Below are positions 26,640-38,492 of a stretch of 64,000 bases of DNA, one piece after another. This DNA comes from Octopus sinensis (taxonomy: Eukaryota). The notes beneath the pieces were generated by a model. The model was given only the letters and a program-made list of their open reading frames with translations, was not told the DNA's origin and did not search any database. The DNA lies in contig NC_042997.1 of assembly GCF_006345805.1 (NCBI RefSeq), positions 9,052,001 through 9,116,000 on the forward strand, written 5' to 3'. Numbering within the stretch: the first letter of the stretch is position 1; the number at the start of each line of letters is the position of its first letter. The translations under genes and the position numbers were made by a program.

Positions 26640-27005
26640 AAATTGTTATTCCACTTTGAGTCAATGATGTGTTTTTCATTGTAATACATGCTAATTATAC
26701 ATGGTGGTCATTATGTCAACACAAAGATGGGAAGAAAACTATTTTTGAATGCAAATATGAACAGTTAAAGAAATCCGATTTATTCTCTCAAAAGCCCAAA
26801 TTGCAAAAAAGTATATATTGGCCAGACTGGAAATTCATTGCCATAACAAATACGAATAAAATGGCAGCAAATTAAAGACCCTATCAATTGGAAATGTGCC
26901 ACAATTTTTATATATTTTCAATTTATAAACTTTATGATTCAAATGAATTTAACAAAAGAGCAAAAATAAACAACTATATTAGGAATTTCAAAGCAGTTTT
27001 GAGTG
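26640..27005 (+). mobile_element. Second, different Penelope-like GIY-YIG remnant
   Basis: From 26778: IYSLKSPNCKKVYIGQTGNSL..QIRI..QQIKDP, and later RAKINNYIRNFKAVL. Confidence 0.7.
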
Positions 27006-27400
27006 GACGGTCATATTGACATGAATTTAATTTGATTTCAAAATAATATTCATTAAAAACTGTTGTACAGCTTGTAAGTATTCTCCCTCTTTAACTATAC
27101 AACACTACCACAAATTGTAGGTAATGTTGCTATGTAAATATTTATCTACGTATAGCAACTGTTGCTGTGTAGCAATCTAAACATGTTCATATATACAGTT
27201 GCTATTTGAACATTCACCTGAAGCTCATTGTAGAGAATAAAAGCACCATTCAAAAAATGTAAAATGATAAATATAATGTGAAAGTCCAGCTAACTTGGTA
27301 TTTGACCAATTAATCTATGCACAATTTTATAAACTGGAATAGCATACATACAGACTTTAATATGTGCATGGAAGTGTATGTATATATGTATGTATGCATG

Positions 27401-27434
<34 letters not shown>

Positions 27435-27440
27435 TGTATG

Positions 27441-27483
<43 letters not shown>

Positions 27484-27491
27484 AAATATAT

Positions 27492-29543
27492 ATGTATATA
27501 ATATTGTTGACAGGGCTATTAGACAAAAGAAACAGGCTTGGAAGGCCTGGAAGAACGGTGGTAGCAGGGAGGGTATCAGCTGCCAGAAGGGAAGCTAGGA
27601 GACAGGTCTATCTAGCCAGAGGGGAAGCAGATAAGAGAAATTTGCCAATGTCCTGTGCCGTGAGGATGAAAGACTTGAGGTTATTTCGTGTTGCAAGACA
27701 GTGTGTGAGAGAGAATCGTGATGTGGTAGGAGAGAAATGTGTTCGCATGGAGGATGGTTCACTTGCGCTAAATGAGGATGCAAAGAGAGAAGCTTGGAGA
27801 CACCACTATGAAAGGTTACTGAATGAGGAAAATGAATGGGATAAAGAGAGTCTGCCGAATGTTGACCCTACAGAGGGACCAGCTATCCGAGTTGATAGTT
27901 CCGTGGTAGCTAAGGCAATTAGAAGCATGAAGACAGGGAAAGCCCCAGGCCCATCAGGAATTACTGCAGAGATGCTCAAAATATCTGGCAGTGTCGGCTA
28001 TAACCTAGTCACCCGTATAGTCAACCAGGTGATACACGAAGGAGTCATACCCAATGACTGGTGCAGCAGCATACTAGTCAACTGCTACAAAGGTAAAGGT
28101 GATGCCCTAGATACAAATAATTACAGAGGTATCAAGCTGTTGGATCAAGTAATGAAGGTTACGGAGAGGGTCATAGCCCAACTAATTAGAGAGAGAGTTA
28201 GTTTAGATGAGATGCAGTTTGGGTTCGTGCCAGGGAAAGTACCACTGATGCTATATTCCTGGTAAGGCAGCTGCAGGAGAAATACCTAGCCAAAGATAAG
28301 CCCCTGTACCTGGCTTTCGTTGACATGGAGAAAGCTTTTGATAGGGTCCCCCGATCCCTTATCTGGTGGTCAATGAGGAAACTAGGGATAGATGAATGGC
28401 TGGTGAGGACTGTGCAAGCCATGTACAGAGATGCCGTAAGTAAGGTTAGGGTTGGCAACATGTACACAGAAGAATTCAAAGTAGAGGTTGGGGTCCACCA
28501 GGGTTCAGTACTCAGCCCCCTCCTATTTATCATAGTACTCCAGGCAATTACGGAGGAATTCAAGACAGGCTGTCCCTGGGAGCTCCTCTACGCTGACGAC
28601 CTTGCTCTTATTGCTGAGTCACTATCAGAACTGGAGGAGAAGTTCCAGGTGTGGAAGGAGGGTTTAGAATCAAGGGGCCTTAGAGTCAACCTAGCTAAAA
28701 CCAAAGTACTAATAAGTAGAAAGGTAGACAATCCACAAATATCTTCAGGAAGATGGCCCTGCTCGATCTGTAGAAAAGGTGTAGGTAGAAACTCTATAAG
28801 ATGTACCCAGTGTAAGCTATGGACACATAAGAGGTGCAGCAATGTCAAAGGTAGGCTAACTGGGAAGATAGTTTTTTGTGTGGCAGATGCTCGGGAGCAT
28901 TAACCTCCGAAAATCTGCAGAAAACAACTTCCGTCACTTTCCAGGGGGAAAAACTAGAAGTAGTTGATAGCTTCCGTTATCTAGGTGACCAAGTCAGTAG
29001 TGGGGGTGGGTGCGCTGAAAGTGTAACTGCTAGAATAAGAATAGCCTGGGCAAAGTTTAGGGAGCTCTTACCTCTGCTGGTGACTAAAGGCCTCTCGCTC
29101 AGAGTAAAGGCAGACTGTATGATGCGTGTGTACGAACAGCCATGCTACATGGCAGCGAAACATGGGCCGTGACTGCTGAGGACATGCGTAAGCTCGTGAG
29201 GAATGAAGCCAGTATGCTCCGATGGATGTGTAATGTCAGTGTACATACTCGACAGAGCGTTAGCACCTTGAGAGAAATGTTGTACCTAAGAAGCATCAGT
29301 TGTGGTGTGCAAGAGAGACGATTGCGCTGGTATGGTCATGTGGCGAGAATGGATGAAGATAGGTGTGTGAGAAAGTGCCAATCCCTAGCAGTTGAGGGAA
29401 CCCGTGGAAGAGGTAGACCCAGGAAAACCTGGGACGAGGTGGTGAAGCACGACCTTCGAACTTTAGGCCTCACTGAGGAAATGACCAGAGACCGAGACCT
29501 TTGGAAATATTCTGTACGTGAGAAGACCAGGCAGGACAAGTGA
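27492..29543 (+). pseudogene. Frameshifted RTE ORF2 (reverse transcriptase, PHD-like finger, C-terminal domain)
   Basis: ORF pieces 27492-28265, 28325-28903, 28876-29172 and 29142-29543 are joined by single-base shifts. Confidence 0.9.
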
Positions 29544-30356
29544 GCCCAGCCCACTTATGAATGCCTTTCCTCCCTTGGACACAAAGACCGGTGAGGCAAG
29601 CGAAGTCGATATAGAACCTCATCCGACGACAGACACCCATGCCAACCCCCCATGCTTGCGAAGACATGTTGGGGCAAGCGAAATCGAAATCGAAACCGAA
29701 TTGAACCAGCCAGGATCCCTGGCCTGGTGGTACGTAAAAAGCACCATCCGACTCGTGGCCGTGGCACGTAAAATACTCCAATGCGACCGTACGACAGGCA
29801 CCCATGCCAACCCCCTTTGCTTGTGAAGACATGTTGGGGCAAGCGAATCGAATTGAACCAGCCAGGATCCCTGGTCTGGTGGTACGTAAAAAGCACTATC
29901 CGACTCGTGGCCGTGGCACGTAAAATACTCCAATGCGACCGTACGACAGGCACCCTTGCCAACCCCCTTTGCTTGTGAAGACATGTTGGGGCAAGCGAAA
30001 TCGAAATCGAATTGAACCAGCCAGGATCCCTGGTCTGGTGGTACGTAAAAAGCACTATCCACTCGTGGCCGATGCCAGCACAGCACCGCCTCGACTGGCT
30101 TCCGTGCCGGTGGCACATAAAATACACCAATCTGACCGTGGCCGTTGCCAGCCCCGCCTGGCACCTGTGCAGGTGGCACGTAAAAAGCACCCACTACACT
30201 CACGGAGTGGTTGGCGTTAGGAAGGGCATCCAGCTGTAGAAACATTGCCAAATTAGACTGGAGCCTGGTGCAGCCTTCTGGCTTCCCAGAACCCCGGTCG
30301 AACCGTCCAACCCATGCTAGCATGGAGAACGGACGTTAAACGACGATGATGATGAT
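27503..30356 (+). mobile_element. RTE-clade LINE copy 1, 5'-truncated (no APE domain), with tandem-repeat 3' UTR and (GAT)n tail
   Basis: RT motifs GKAPGPSG, NYRGIKLLDQ, QFGF, MEKAFDRVPR, GVHQGSVLSPLL, LLYADDL; C-terminal RRLRWYGHVARM...RGRPRKTW. Confidence 0.95.
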
Positions 30357-30358
30357 AT

Positions 30359-30421
<63 letters not shown>

Positions 30422-30566
30422 TAGATATAGATATATAATATAGGTGCTTTTCCTAGTACAATTATACATGTGTGTGCATATATATTTATGTATATTATAT
30501 ATATATATATGTACGTATAACTATATGTGTGTATGTATGCATGCATGATTGTAATTATTCAATTTT

Positions 30567-30839
30567 ATTTCAAGATTTGTTGCCAATAGAGATAGTGTCA
30601 GTTTCTAACCTAAATCAAAGGCTCCTCAATTGGAATTTCAACATCAAGAACAGGGTATTTTTGTATGTATGTATATGTGAAGATTTCTATGTTTGTTGCC
30701 AATAAAACAAAAAACATAGAAATCTGCACATATACATACATACAAAAATACCCTGTTCTTGATGTTGAAATTCCAATGGAGGAGCCTTTGATTTAGGTTA
30801 GAAACTGAGTCTTTCTCTATTGGCAACAAATCTTGAAAT
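30567..30839. repeat. Near-perfect 273-bp fold-back palindrome
   Basis: Arms ~30567-30698 and ~30708-30839; ORFs 30472(+) and 30644(-) translate almost identically. Confidence 0.9.
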
Positions 30840-31024
30840 CTTCTCATGCATATCTAAACATGCTCATATATACTTAAAGGATAAACTTTTGAAAAGTTTT
30901 ACAGATTTTTACTGTTCCAGTGATGGATTGGATCTGTAGTCTTCAAATCAGCTTTCTCCTCTTTGGTTTTGAAAAGCTTAAGTTCTCAAGATTGGTATGT
31001 ATGAAAGTATGTATGTTTGTATGT

Positions 31025-31880
31025 ATGTATTCTTTTTTCTTATACTCTTTGCTTGTTTCAGTCATTTGACTGCGACCATGCTAGAGCACTGCCTGAATTT
31101 GAACAAATCAACCCAGGACTTATTCGTTGTAAGCCTAGTACTTATTCTATTGGCCTCTTTTGCTGAACTGCTAAGTTACAGGTAGATAAACACACCAACA
31201 TCAGTTGTCAAGCAATGTCAGGGGGACAAACACAGACACACAAGCACTCACACACACACACACACACACACACACCACACATACAACACACACACACCAT
31301 ATGATATATAATATATATATTTTAGTAGGTGAATGAATAATCCTAGCATGGAAACTTGTTTAACCGATACCTGGGTAGCAAATCACGTCAGAAAACACAG
31401 TGATGAAGCAACCTGTCAAGGGTTAGAACTCGCGGTTCTTGTGTGGAAATTTGTGTGTTATTTATATGAATAAATGAAAGAATGGAGTTGAACGAAGATT
31501 TTAACAAAATTCCTTTACTCTCGACACATGTTTCGAAGACGGCATACTTTTAATTCCGATGGCATAATGCACCTTTATTTCTTCGGAATTAAAAGTATGC
31601 CGTCTTCAAAACGTGTCGAGAGTAAAGGAATTTTGTTCAAATCTTCGTTCGACTCCTTCTTTCATTTATTCATTAATTTATATATAGTATATAATATATA
31701 TATTATATATATATATATAATGTGCTTTTTCAATTTCTCTATACCAAATTCACTCACAAGGCTTTGGTCAGCCCGAGGCTATAGTAGAAGACACTTGCCC
31801 AAGGTGCCTTGCAGTGGGACCGAACCTGCAACCATGTGGTTGATAAGGAAGCTACTTACAACACAGACACTCCTGCACCT
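31025..31880 (-). mobile_element. SINE A split by a ~480-bp insert containing a fold-back
   Basis: Tail at 31025-31250, head at 31735-31880. Confidence 0.7.
31466..31673. repeat. 208-bp fold-back (arms ~92 bp, 23-nt spacer)
   Basis: ATGAATAAATGAAAG...AATTCCGA and TCGGAATT...CTTTCATTTATTCAT. Confidence 0.9.
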
Positions 31881-32068
31881 ATGTATGCATGCATGTATGT
31901 ATATTAGGTAAGTTCAAGTACAAGGAAGAAAGAACATATTCTCACTATGTCCTCAGCCTATAAATTTGTGCCTTTACTCTGTCCTACATTCAAGTTCTAA
32001 ATAATTTATTTATGTTTTATAGTTAAAATCTTAACCATTTGACCTTTTTACTCATATATGTATATATA

Positions 32069-32480
32069 TGGCGCAGGAGTGGCTGTGTGGTAAATAGCTT
32101 GCTAACCAACCACATGGTTCCGGGTTCAGTCCCACTGCATGGCATCTTGGGCAAGTGTCTTCTACTATAGCGCCGGGCCGACCAATGCCTTGTGAGTGGA
32201 TTTGGTAGACGGAAAACTGAAAGAAAGCTGTCGTATATGTGTATATATATTATATGTATGTGTGTGTGTGTTTGTGTGTCTGTTTGTCTCTCCTAGCATT
32301 GCTTGAAAAACGATTGTGTGTGTTTACATCCCCATCACTTAGCGGTTCGGCAAAGAGACCGAGAGGAAATAAGTACTGGGCTTACAAAGAATAAGTCCTT
32401 CCTGGGATCGATTTGCTCGACTAAAGGCGGTGCTCCAGCATGGGCACAGTCAAATCACTGAAACAAGTAAAAGAGTATAA
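32069..32480 (+). mobile_element. SINE family A, full length
   Basis: GGCGCAGGAGTGGCTGTGTGG head through to the GAAACAAGTAAAAGAG tail. Confidence 0.85.
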
Positions 32481-32490
32481 AAGAATATAT

Positions 32491-33016
32491 AGATCGTTAT
32501 TTAATCTAAATTAACGATCTTATCCTTAATTATATAAATTTAAATTTATTTCGTCATTGTATTTACTGCGGTGATGTTTTAACTAGATCACACATGGAAT
32601 TAAGAAGCAGGCATTTTAAACTGGTCATGATGCATACATGCATATATATGTATACGTTCGTATATGTAAGTATTCGTATGTTGTATGTATATATATATGT
32701 ATTTATGTTTCTCTCTGCATATATTCCATTGATGAGGCAAAGCATTTCTAAATGCAAAGTCAGAAATCCAGGATCTGGAATTATCCAGTAATTTTTTACT
32801 AGTTTTATTTTGTCTTTTTGTCTTCTCCCCTTGTGCTATATGAACACTTAAGGCGGTTTTAGAGTCAGATCCTGGCTGCTATTTTCAGCATGGCGGTATC
32901 TCGTAGATACCCTAAGTTATAATTTTAATAATAATTATTAACTTTGAAAGTTTTTATTTCCATGCTGGCCACTTGATAAGATCGTTAATTAATTTAAATG
33001 AACGATCTTATCCTTA
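32491..33016 (+). mobile_element. Unit flanked by ~38-bp direct repeats that are themselves palindromic; probably a Penelope-type non-autonomous element
   Basis: AGATCGTTA...TAACGATCTTATCCTTA at 32491-32528 and AGATCGTTAA...GAACGATCTTATCCTTA at 32979-33016; internal hammerhead-like motif. Confidence 0.5.
32723..32781 (+). ncRNA. Type I hammerhead-like motif, partly degenerate
   Basis: ATTCCA-TTGATGA-GGC AAA GCATTT CT AAATGC AAA GTC-A-GAAA-TCC A GGA-TC-TGGAAT; C3 is T and there is one extra A before GAAA. Confidence 0.5.
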
Positions 33017-33046
33017 TGTATATATAAATATATATATATATACATA

Positions 33047-33176
33047 CTTTATTTAAAGCAGCAGAAAATTCAACAAAATCTGTTACTCTGTCCATTCTAG
33101 CAAAAACTGTCTGATGAACGGCAACGAGAAACTCAGAGTAACAGATTTTGTTGAATTTCTGCTGCTTTAAATAAAG
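33047..33176. repeat. Fold-back with 44/43-bp arms around a hammerhead
   Basis: Arms 33047-33090 and 33134-33176, with one indel. Confidence 0.9.
33101..33150 (+). ncRNA. Type I minimal hammerhead ribozyme motif
   Basis: CAAAAACTGT-CTGATGA-ACG GCAA CGA-GAAA-CTC A GAG-TA-ACAGATTTTG; canonical core, GNRA stem II loop, palindromic stem III. Confidence 0.7.
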
Positions 33177-33243
33177 CTATTACTCTACCACTGGTATTTG
33201 AGTACTCTTTTTCCACCTTGTTTCACATTTATGTGTTTACTCC

Positions 33244-33341
<98 letters not shown>

Positions 33342-33861
33342 TATACATATATGTGTGTGTTTGTTAGGGCTTGCCTGTCTCTGTATATTGATATATATAT
33401 GAGTGTGTGTTTGTACATTAGTGTTTGTATATGCTTATGTTTCTATGTATAAGTATCCTTATATGGACAAATTTACATCATTCTTCTCTTTGTAATTCAT
33501 TTTTAGTCAAAAATAATTCCTGTCTCTCAGTAGTATCCTAATTCATTTCACAAACTTTTAAAACTGCTTCAATATAAGCATTGTGGATCATAAAATTGCA
33601 TTGTCACAAACTGAGAGAATCTACTCCATCAACAAAGTACTGTAATTTTGTTTTCTCTAATATGTACAGTACCACGGAACCTTGCAACTACAAAAGAACT
33701 TTTCCATATACTCTTTGAACTAGATCACCATTCGCACGTGTGTGCGTCTGTGTGTGTGTGTGGGTGTATGAATGTACATACATATACTGAGTTATATTAC
33801 ATATATATATTATACATATATACATACATACAACAACACAAATACACACACACACACTTAT

Positions 33862-33895
<34 letters not shown>

Positions 33896-33938
33896 CATAC
33901 ATACATACAACACACCACACAGACACACACACACACTT

Positions 33939-33990
<52 letters not shown>

Positions 33991-34751
33991 TCATACATAT
34001 GATACTTGTTTTTTGCCCTAACACTAAGTCTGGATTTCTCATTCTTTTCCTTTTATATAATATATATATATATATATATATTTTCTTATCGATCTCTCTC
34101 ACTCTTGTATTCTTTGTATAACACTCTCACTTCCTTTGATTTCAGTAACACACACACACATACACAATCATCTGCACTTGCCCACTTGCCTTCATACACA
34201 CATAACTAAGTATATTCATGTGCATTCATATAGCATATATACATGCATACACATACCTACAGGTATACACACACACATATACATATGTATATATATGCAT
34301 GGTCATAGCATTCTATTACCGACACTAACAATATTGTTGCTACTTTTGTGGTACTTTTATATCAAGAGAATTCCAAGTTTACTTAATAGATAGACAGAAC
34401 ATAAATATAGACAGGTAGATAGGTAGATAGATCAAGGTGGAGATTTCTTGCATTGTACAGTTCAATTCAAGGTAGATATTTCTTGTTTAGTGCAATTCAA
34501 TCTTGGACAAAAGCAACAGTTATCAATTATTACCGATCCAGACAAAGATATGACAGCCTAAAAAGAAAAACACGTGGATATATGTACAATGTAATGCACC
34601 TGAATATACTGTTAGAGAGAAGTTACAAATTGTAATGTCTTGAAAGGATCTATATCTGTTTGAGTTTACCTGAGTGTTTTTGCAAATATATATGAATTTA
34701 CACACACACATATATATGTGTGTGTGACTGTCTGTGTAGATGTATATGCTC

Positions 34752-34911
34752 ATAAATATATTTTCTTAAAGTACATTTTAAACTTTCCTTTTCATTACAC
34801 ACACACATGACCATGTGTGTATGTGTGTGTGTATATGCATGCATGTATACATGTATGTATATGCATATATATATATATATATATATATAGATATAGATAT
34901 TGCTTTGATTA
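34752..34911 (+). repeat. 160-bp segment duplicated in inverted orientation at 39656-39817
   Basis: Identical by eye except (AT)12 versus (AT)13. Confidence 0.9.
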
Positions 34912-35234
34912 TATATATATATACATCTGTCTTTATATATACATATCTATCTATTTATCTATATATATACATCTATATATACACACACACACACACATAC
35001 ACCCACATATATGCTCAATAGTGTGAATGCAAAATGAATGAACTAATCCAATTTATCTCTCTCTATATATATATATATCAATATGTGTATGCACACATGT
35101 GCATGCATGCACATGTGCATGTATGTGTGTGTGTAGTTATAAAATCTAAGAATCTAAGTGCAGGAAGTTTGTAATCTTCGAGCAGTCTGTGGTATGTATA
35201 AAAACAACTTTCAGGAAAAATGATAATTTATTCT

Positions 35235-35455
35235 TTTCTACTCTAGGTACAAGGCCCCAAATTTTTTTTTTTTGGGGGGGGGAGGGCAGTCGATTAGATT
35301 GACCCCAGTATGCAACTGGTACTTAATTTATTGACCCCAAAAGGATGAAAGGCAAAGTCGACCTTGGTGGAATTTGAACTCAGGATGTAAAGACAGACAA
35401 AATACCGCTAAGCATTTCGCCCAGCATGATATCATTTCCGCCAGCTCACTACTTT
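35235..35455 (-). mobile_element. SINE family B
   Basis: Reverse complement of SINE B. Confidence 0.8.
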
Positions 35456-35744
35456 ACAATAATAAATTATTGGTATCGAATGCTGACAGCTTCTCCCATA
35501 TTGAAGTTTGATAAGCTGAAAAGAATCTCCAGCGAGTTAACATGAGATACCTGAATGACAATGTAATCTTCAGCCTGAAGAGTAGCTAGCTAAGTACTCC
35601 TTGTTGAGTAATTATTACATCAGAGGATTTGCTTGTTAGAAAACATATATAACCTGGATTTTGTCTGTTCCACTCACTCAATTTGGATTATATAAATATA
35701 TATATATGTATGTATGTATGCATGTATGTATGTATATTTGATAA

Positions 35745-35930
35745 GTGCCAGTGGCATATAAAAAGCACCCGCTACACTCTTGGAGTGATTGGCATTAGGA
35801 AGGGCATCCAGCTGTAGAAACATTGCCGGATCAGATTGGAGCCTGGTGCAGCTGCTGGCTTTCCAGACTTCCATCCCATGCTTGCAGGGAAAACGGACGT
35901 TAAATGATAACGATGATGACAATGATGATG
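35745..35930 (+). mobile_element. RTE 3'-tail fragment
   Basis: GGAAGGGCATCCAGCTGTAGAAAC...GGACGTTAAA(TGA)n, matching 30220-30356. Confidence 0.8.
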
Positions 35931-37036
35931 CACACACACACACATACACACACAGACATACACATATATATAATGAAGGTGGCTTATTAGCAATTAAAAC
36001 TTAAGGGCAAATTTATGAACATAACTAAAGTGACAAGGGTACAAAGTAGTACCAGCATTGCTAGAAATAACAGTCAAAATGACTCATTTGCCACAAAATT
36101 TAATAATTCCTCAGTGGAACAATATGAGTGTTTTCAGTGGAAAAAGGCAACAGCTTGAATCAAGAATTAATGGAATTCAGCTTTCCAGACTTCTGACCAT
36201 GAGATCAGGCATCTCCAACTGGATTCCAGTAAACCTGATAGCTTGTTCCTTCATAAAGGACGTTCACACATTACTCTGGATAAGCAACCTACAGTTTACC
36301 TATTGTCTCTTGTTACAGTTCAAGTACGATAATGCTACTCAGGTCAGCACTTCTACAAGGCAGTATGTCCCCAGTATTCCATACCTTAGCAGTGATTTTG
36401 ATGCACCCATGACCTTTGCTGCTTTCCATTTTCGTCCTGTTCTGACCTTCATACCAGCGTGAGAGACATTTGGAAGAAGTAGTGTCAGCTATATTAATTA
36501 ATTCATAAATTAGCTTTCAAGTGTGTGTGTGCATGAGTGTAAACTTGTCTGCATGCTTGATTCTAAAAGTATAGTAAAAATGTATTTATGAGCAAAAAAT
36601 ACTATGAGTACCTGATCAACAGAGTTCAGTGCTATCTAGCTTATGAGTCAATATATCACATATGAAAACTAAATAACTAGAATAAGAATTTGAACATCTG
36701 CACACTAAATAAAACAATGTGTTTCTACAGGATATATTACTTTTATATCACGTACAATTCATATATATATATATATATATGCAATATATATATATATATA
36801 CCCACAAACACACACACACATGCACACACACATATTATACATTTATAATACACACACACACGCACATACACACACACACACACCACACAGCTATATAATG
36901 GATGCTGGGCACAGACCTTGTACAAACTAAGTTTACATACTACATAGCTAGATGGATTTAGAAGAAAAGCCATAGTATTTCATCATCATCTTCATCATCA
37001 TCATCATTATTATCCTCATCATAAAAATATTAATAT

Positions 37037-37690
37037 AGGCGTAGGAGTGGCTGTGTGGTAAGTAGCTTGCTTACAAACCACATGGTTCCGGGTTCAGTCC
37101 CACTGCATGGCACCTTGGGCAAGTGTCTTCTGCTATAGCCTTGGGTCGACCAAAGCCTTGTGAGTGGATTTGGTAGACGGAAACTGAAAGAAGCCCATCG
37201 TATATATGTATATATATATATATATATATTTCTTTACTACTCACAAGGGGCTAAACATAGAGGGGACAAACAAGGACAGACAAACGGATTAAGTCAATTA
37301 TATCGATCCCAGTGCGTAACTGGTACTTAATTTATCGACCCCGAAAGGATGAAAGGCAAAGTCAACCTCGGCGGAACTTGAACTCAGAACGTAACGACAG
37401 AGGAAAAACCGCTAAGCATTTCGCCCAGTGCGCTAACATTTCTGCCAGCTCACCGCCTTATATATATATATGTGTGTATGTTTGTGTGTTGTGTTTGCCC
37501 CTCTCCCCCAACATCGCTTGACAACTGTTGCTAGTGTGTTTACGTTCCCGTAACTTAGTGGTTCAGCAAAAGAGGCCAATAGAATAAGTACTAGGCTTAC
37601 AAAGAATATGTCCTGGGGTTGATTTGCTCGACTAAAGGTGGTGCTCCAGCATGGCCACAGTCAAATGACTGAAACAGGTAAATGAATAAA
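37037..37690 (+). mobile_element. SINE A with an antisense SINE B (37231-37460) inserted in its (TA)n tract
   Basis: Head 37037-37205, SINE B on the minus strand, tail 37480-37690. Confidence 0.85.
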
Positions 37691-37719
37691 TGAATGAATG
37701 TATATATATATTTTTTTAG

Positions 37720-38008
37720 CCCTTTTCTCTTTGAATCAGCCATATCCAGTACAAATATTCTACACGGTTGTTTATGCTGAAGCTGATCAGATTTGATGTC
37801 TTACACCCACCATTCAGAGGTGTTCTAAAAATATACACTCACATTATCGAAATCATGTAGATACAAAATGATTAATTGAAAACAATGCAAATAATTATAC
37901 TGACAACATGCTCAGTAGTTGTTCACATGAGATGACATAAGTCTAAAGAGCAAAAATATATAAGGCATATTTATTCACATTTGACAAAATAATGTGAATG
38001 CTAAAAGG
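37720..38008 (-). mobile_element. piggyBac-like MITE, inverted relative to the 38493 copy
   Basis: CCCTTT...GAATGCTAAAAGG followed by TTAA; colinear with the reverse complement of 38493-38808. Confidence 0.6.
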
Positions 38009-38492
38009 TTAAACACACTGTAGTAAATGCACACTTGTAGTCTCAAACTTCAAAGAATATAAATAGTTTTCAGTAAATGGTTACATAAATTTAAAACAAA
38101 GCTATCAGTCATGTGGAGTCTGATATAAAACTATCCTAATAAGAATGATGAAAGAGAAAGAAAAAAAAACCAGTTACATTTATATCCAACCAGATGAAGC
38201 TATCTTTTGAGGAAAAGTTATCTTTAAGTATTCAACACAAGAGTTACTTCCTAAGAGCATAAATACACAGAAATATGTCATAGAAGATATCTTAATTAGT
38301 CTTACGCAACTTAAATGGAATATGTATGATCATACCTCACAAAAAGTTTTCATCATTCTTATAAGGATAGTTTTATATCAGATTTCACATGATTGATAGC
38401 TTTGTTTAAAACTTATGTGAGCATTTATTGAACACTGCTGATATTCTTTGAAGTTTGAAACTACAAGTGTGTATTTACTACAGAGTATTTAA

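Noticed and set aside
27492-29543. RTE copy 1 as an intact active element with only sequencing errors
   Set aside because: It is 5'-truncated with no endonuclease domain and has at least five frame disruptions, not all in homopolymers.
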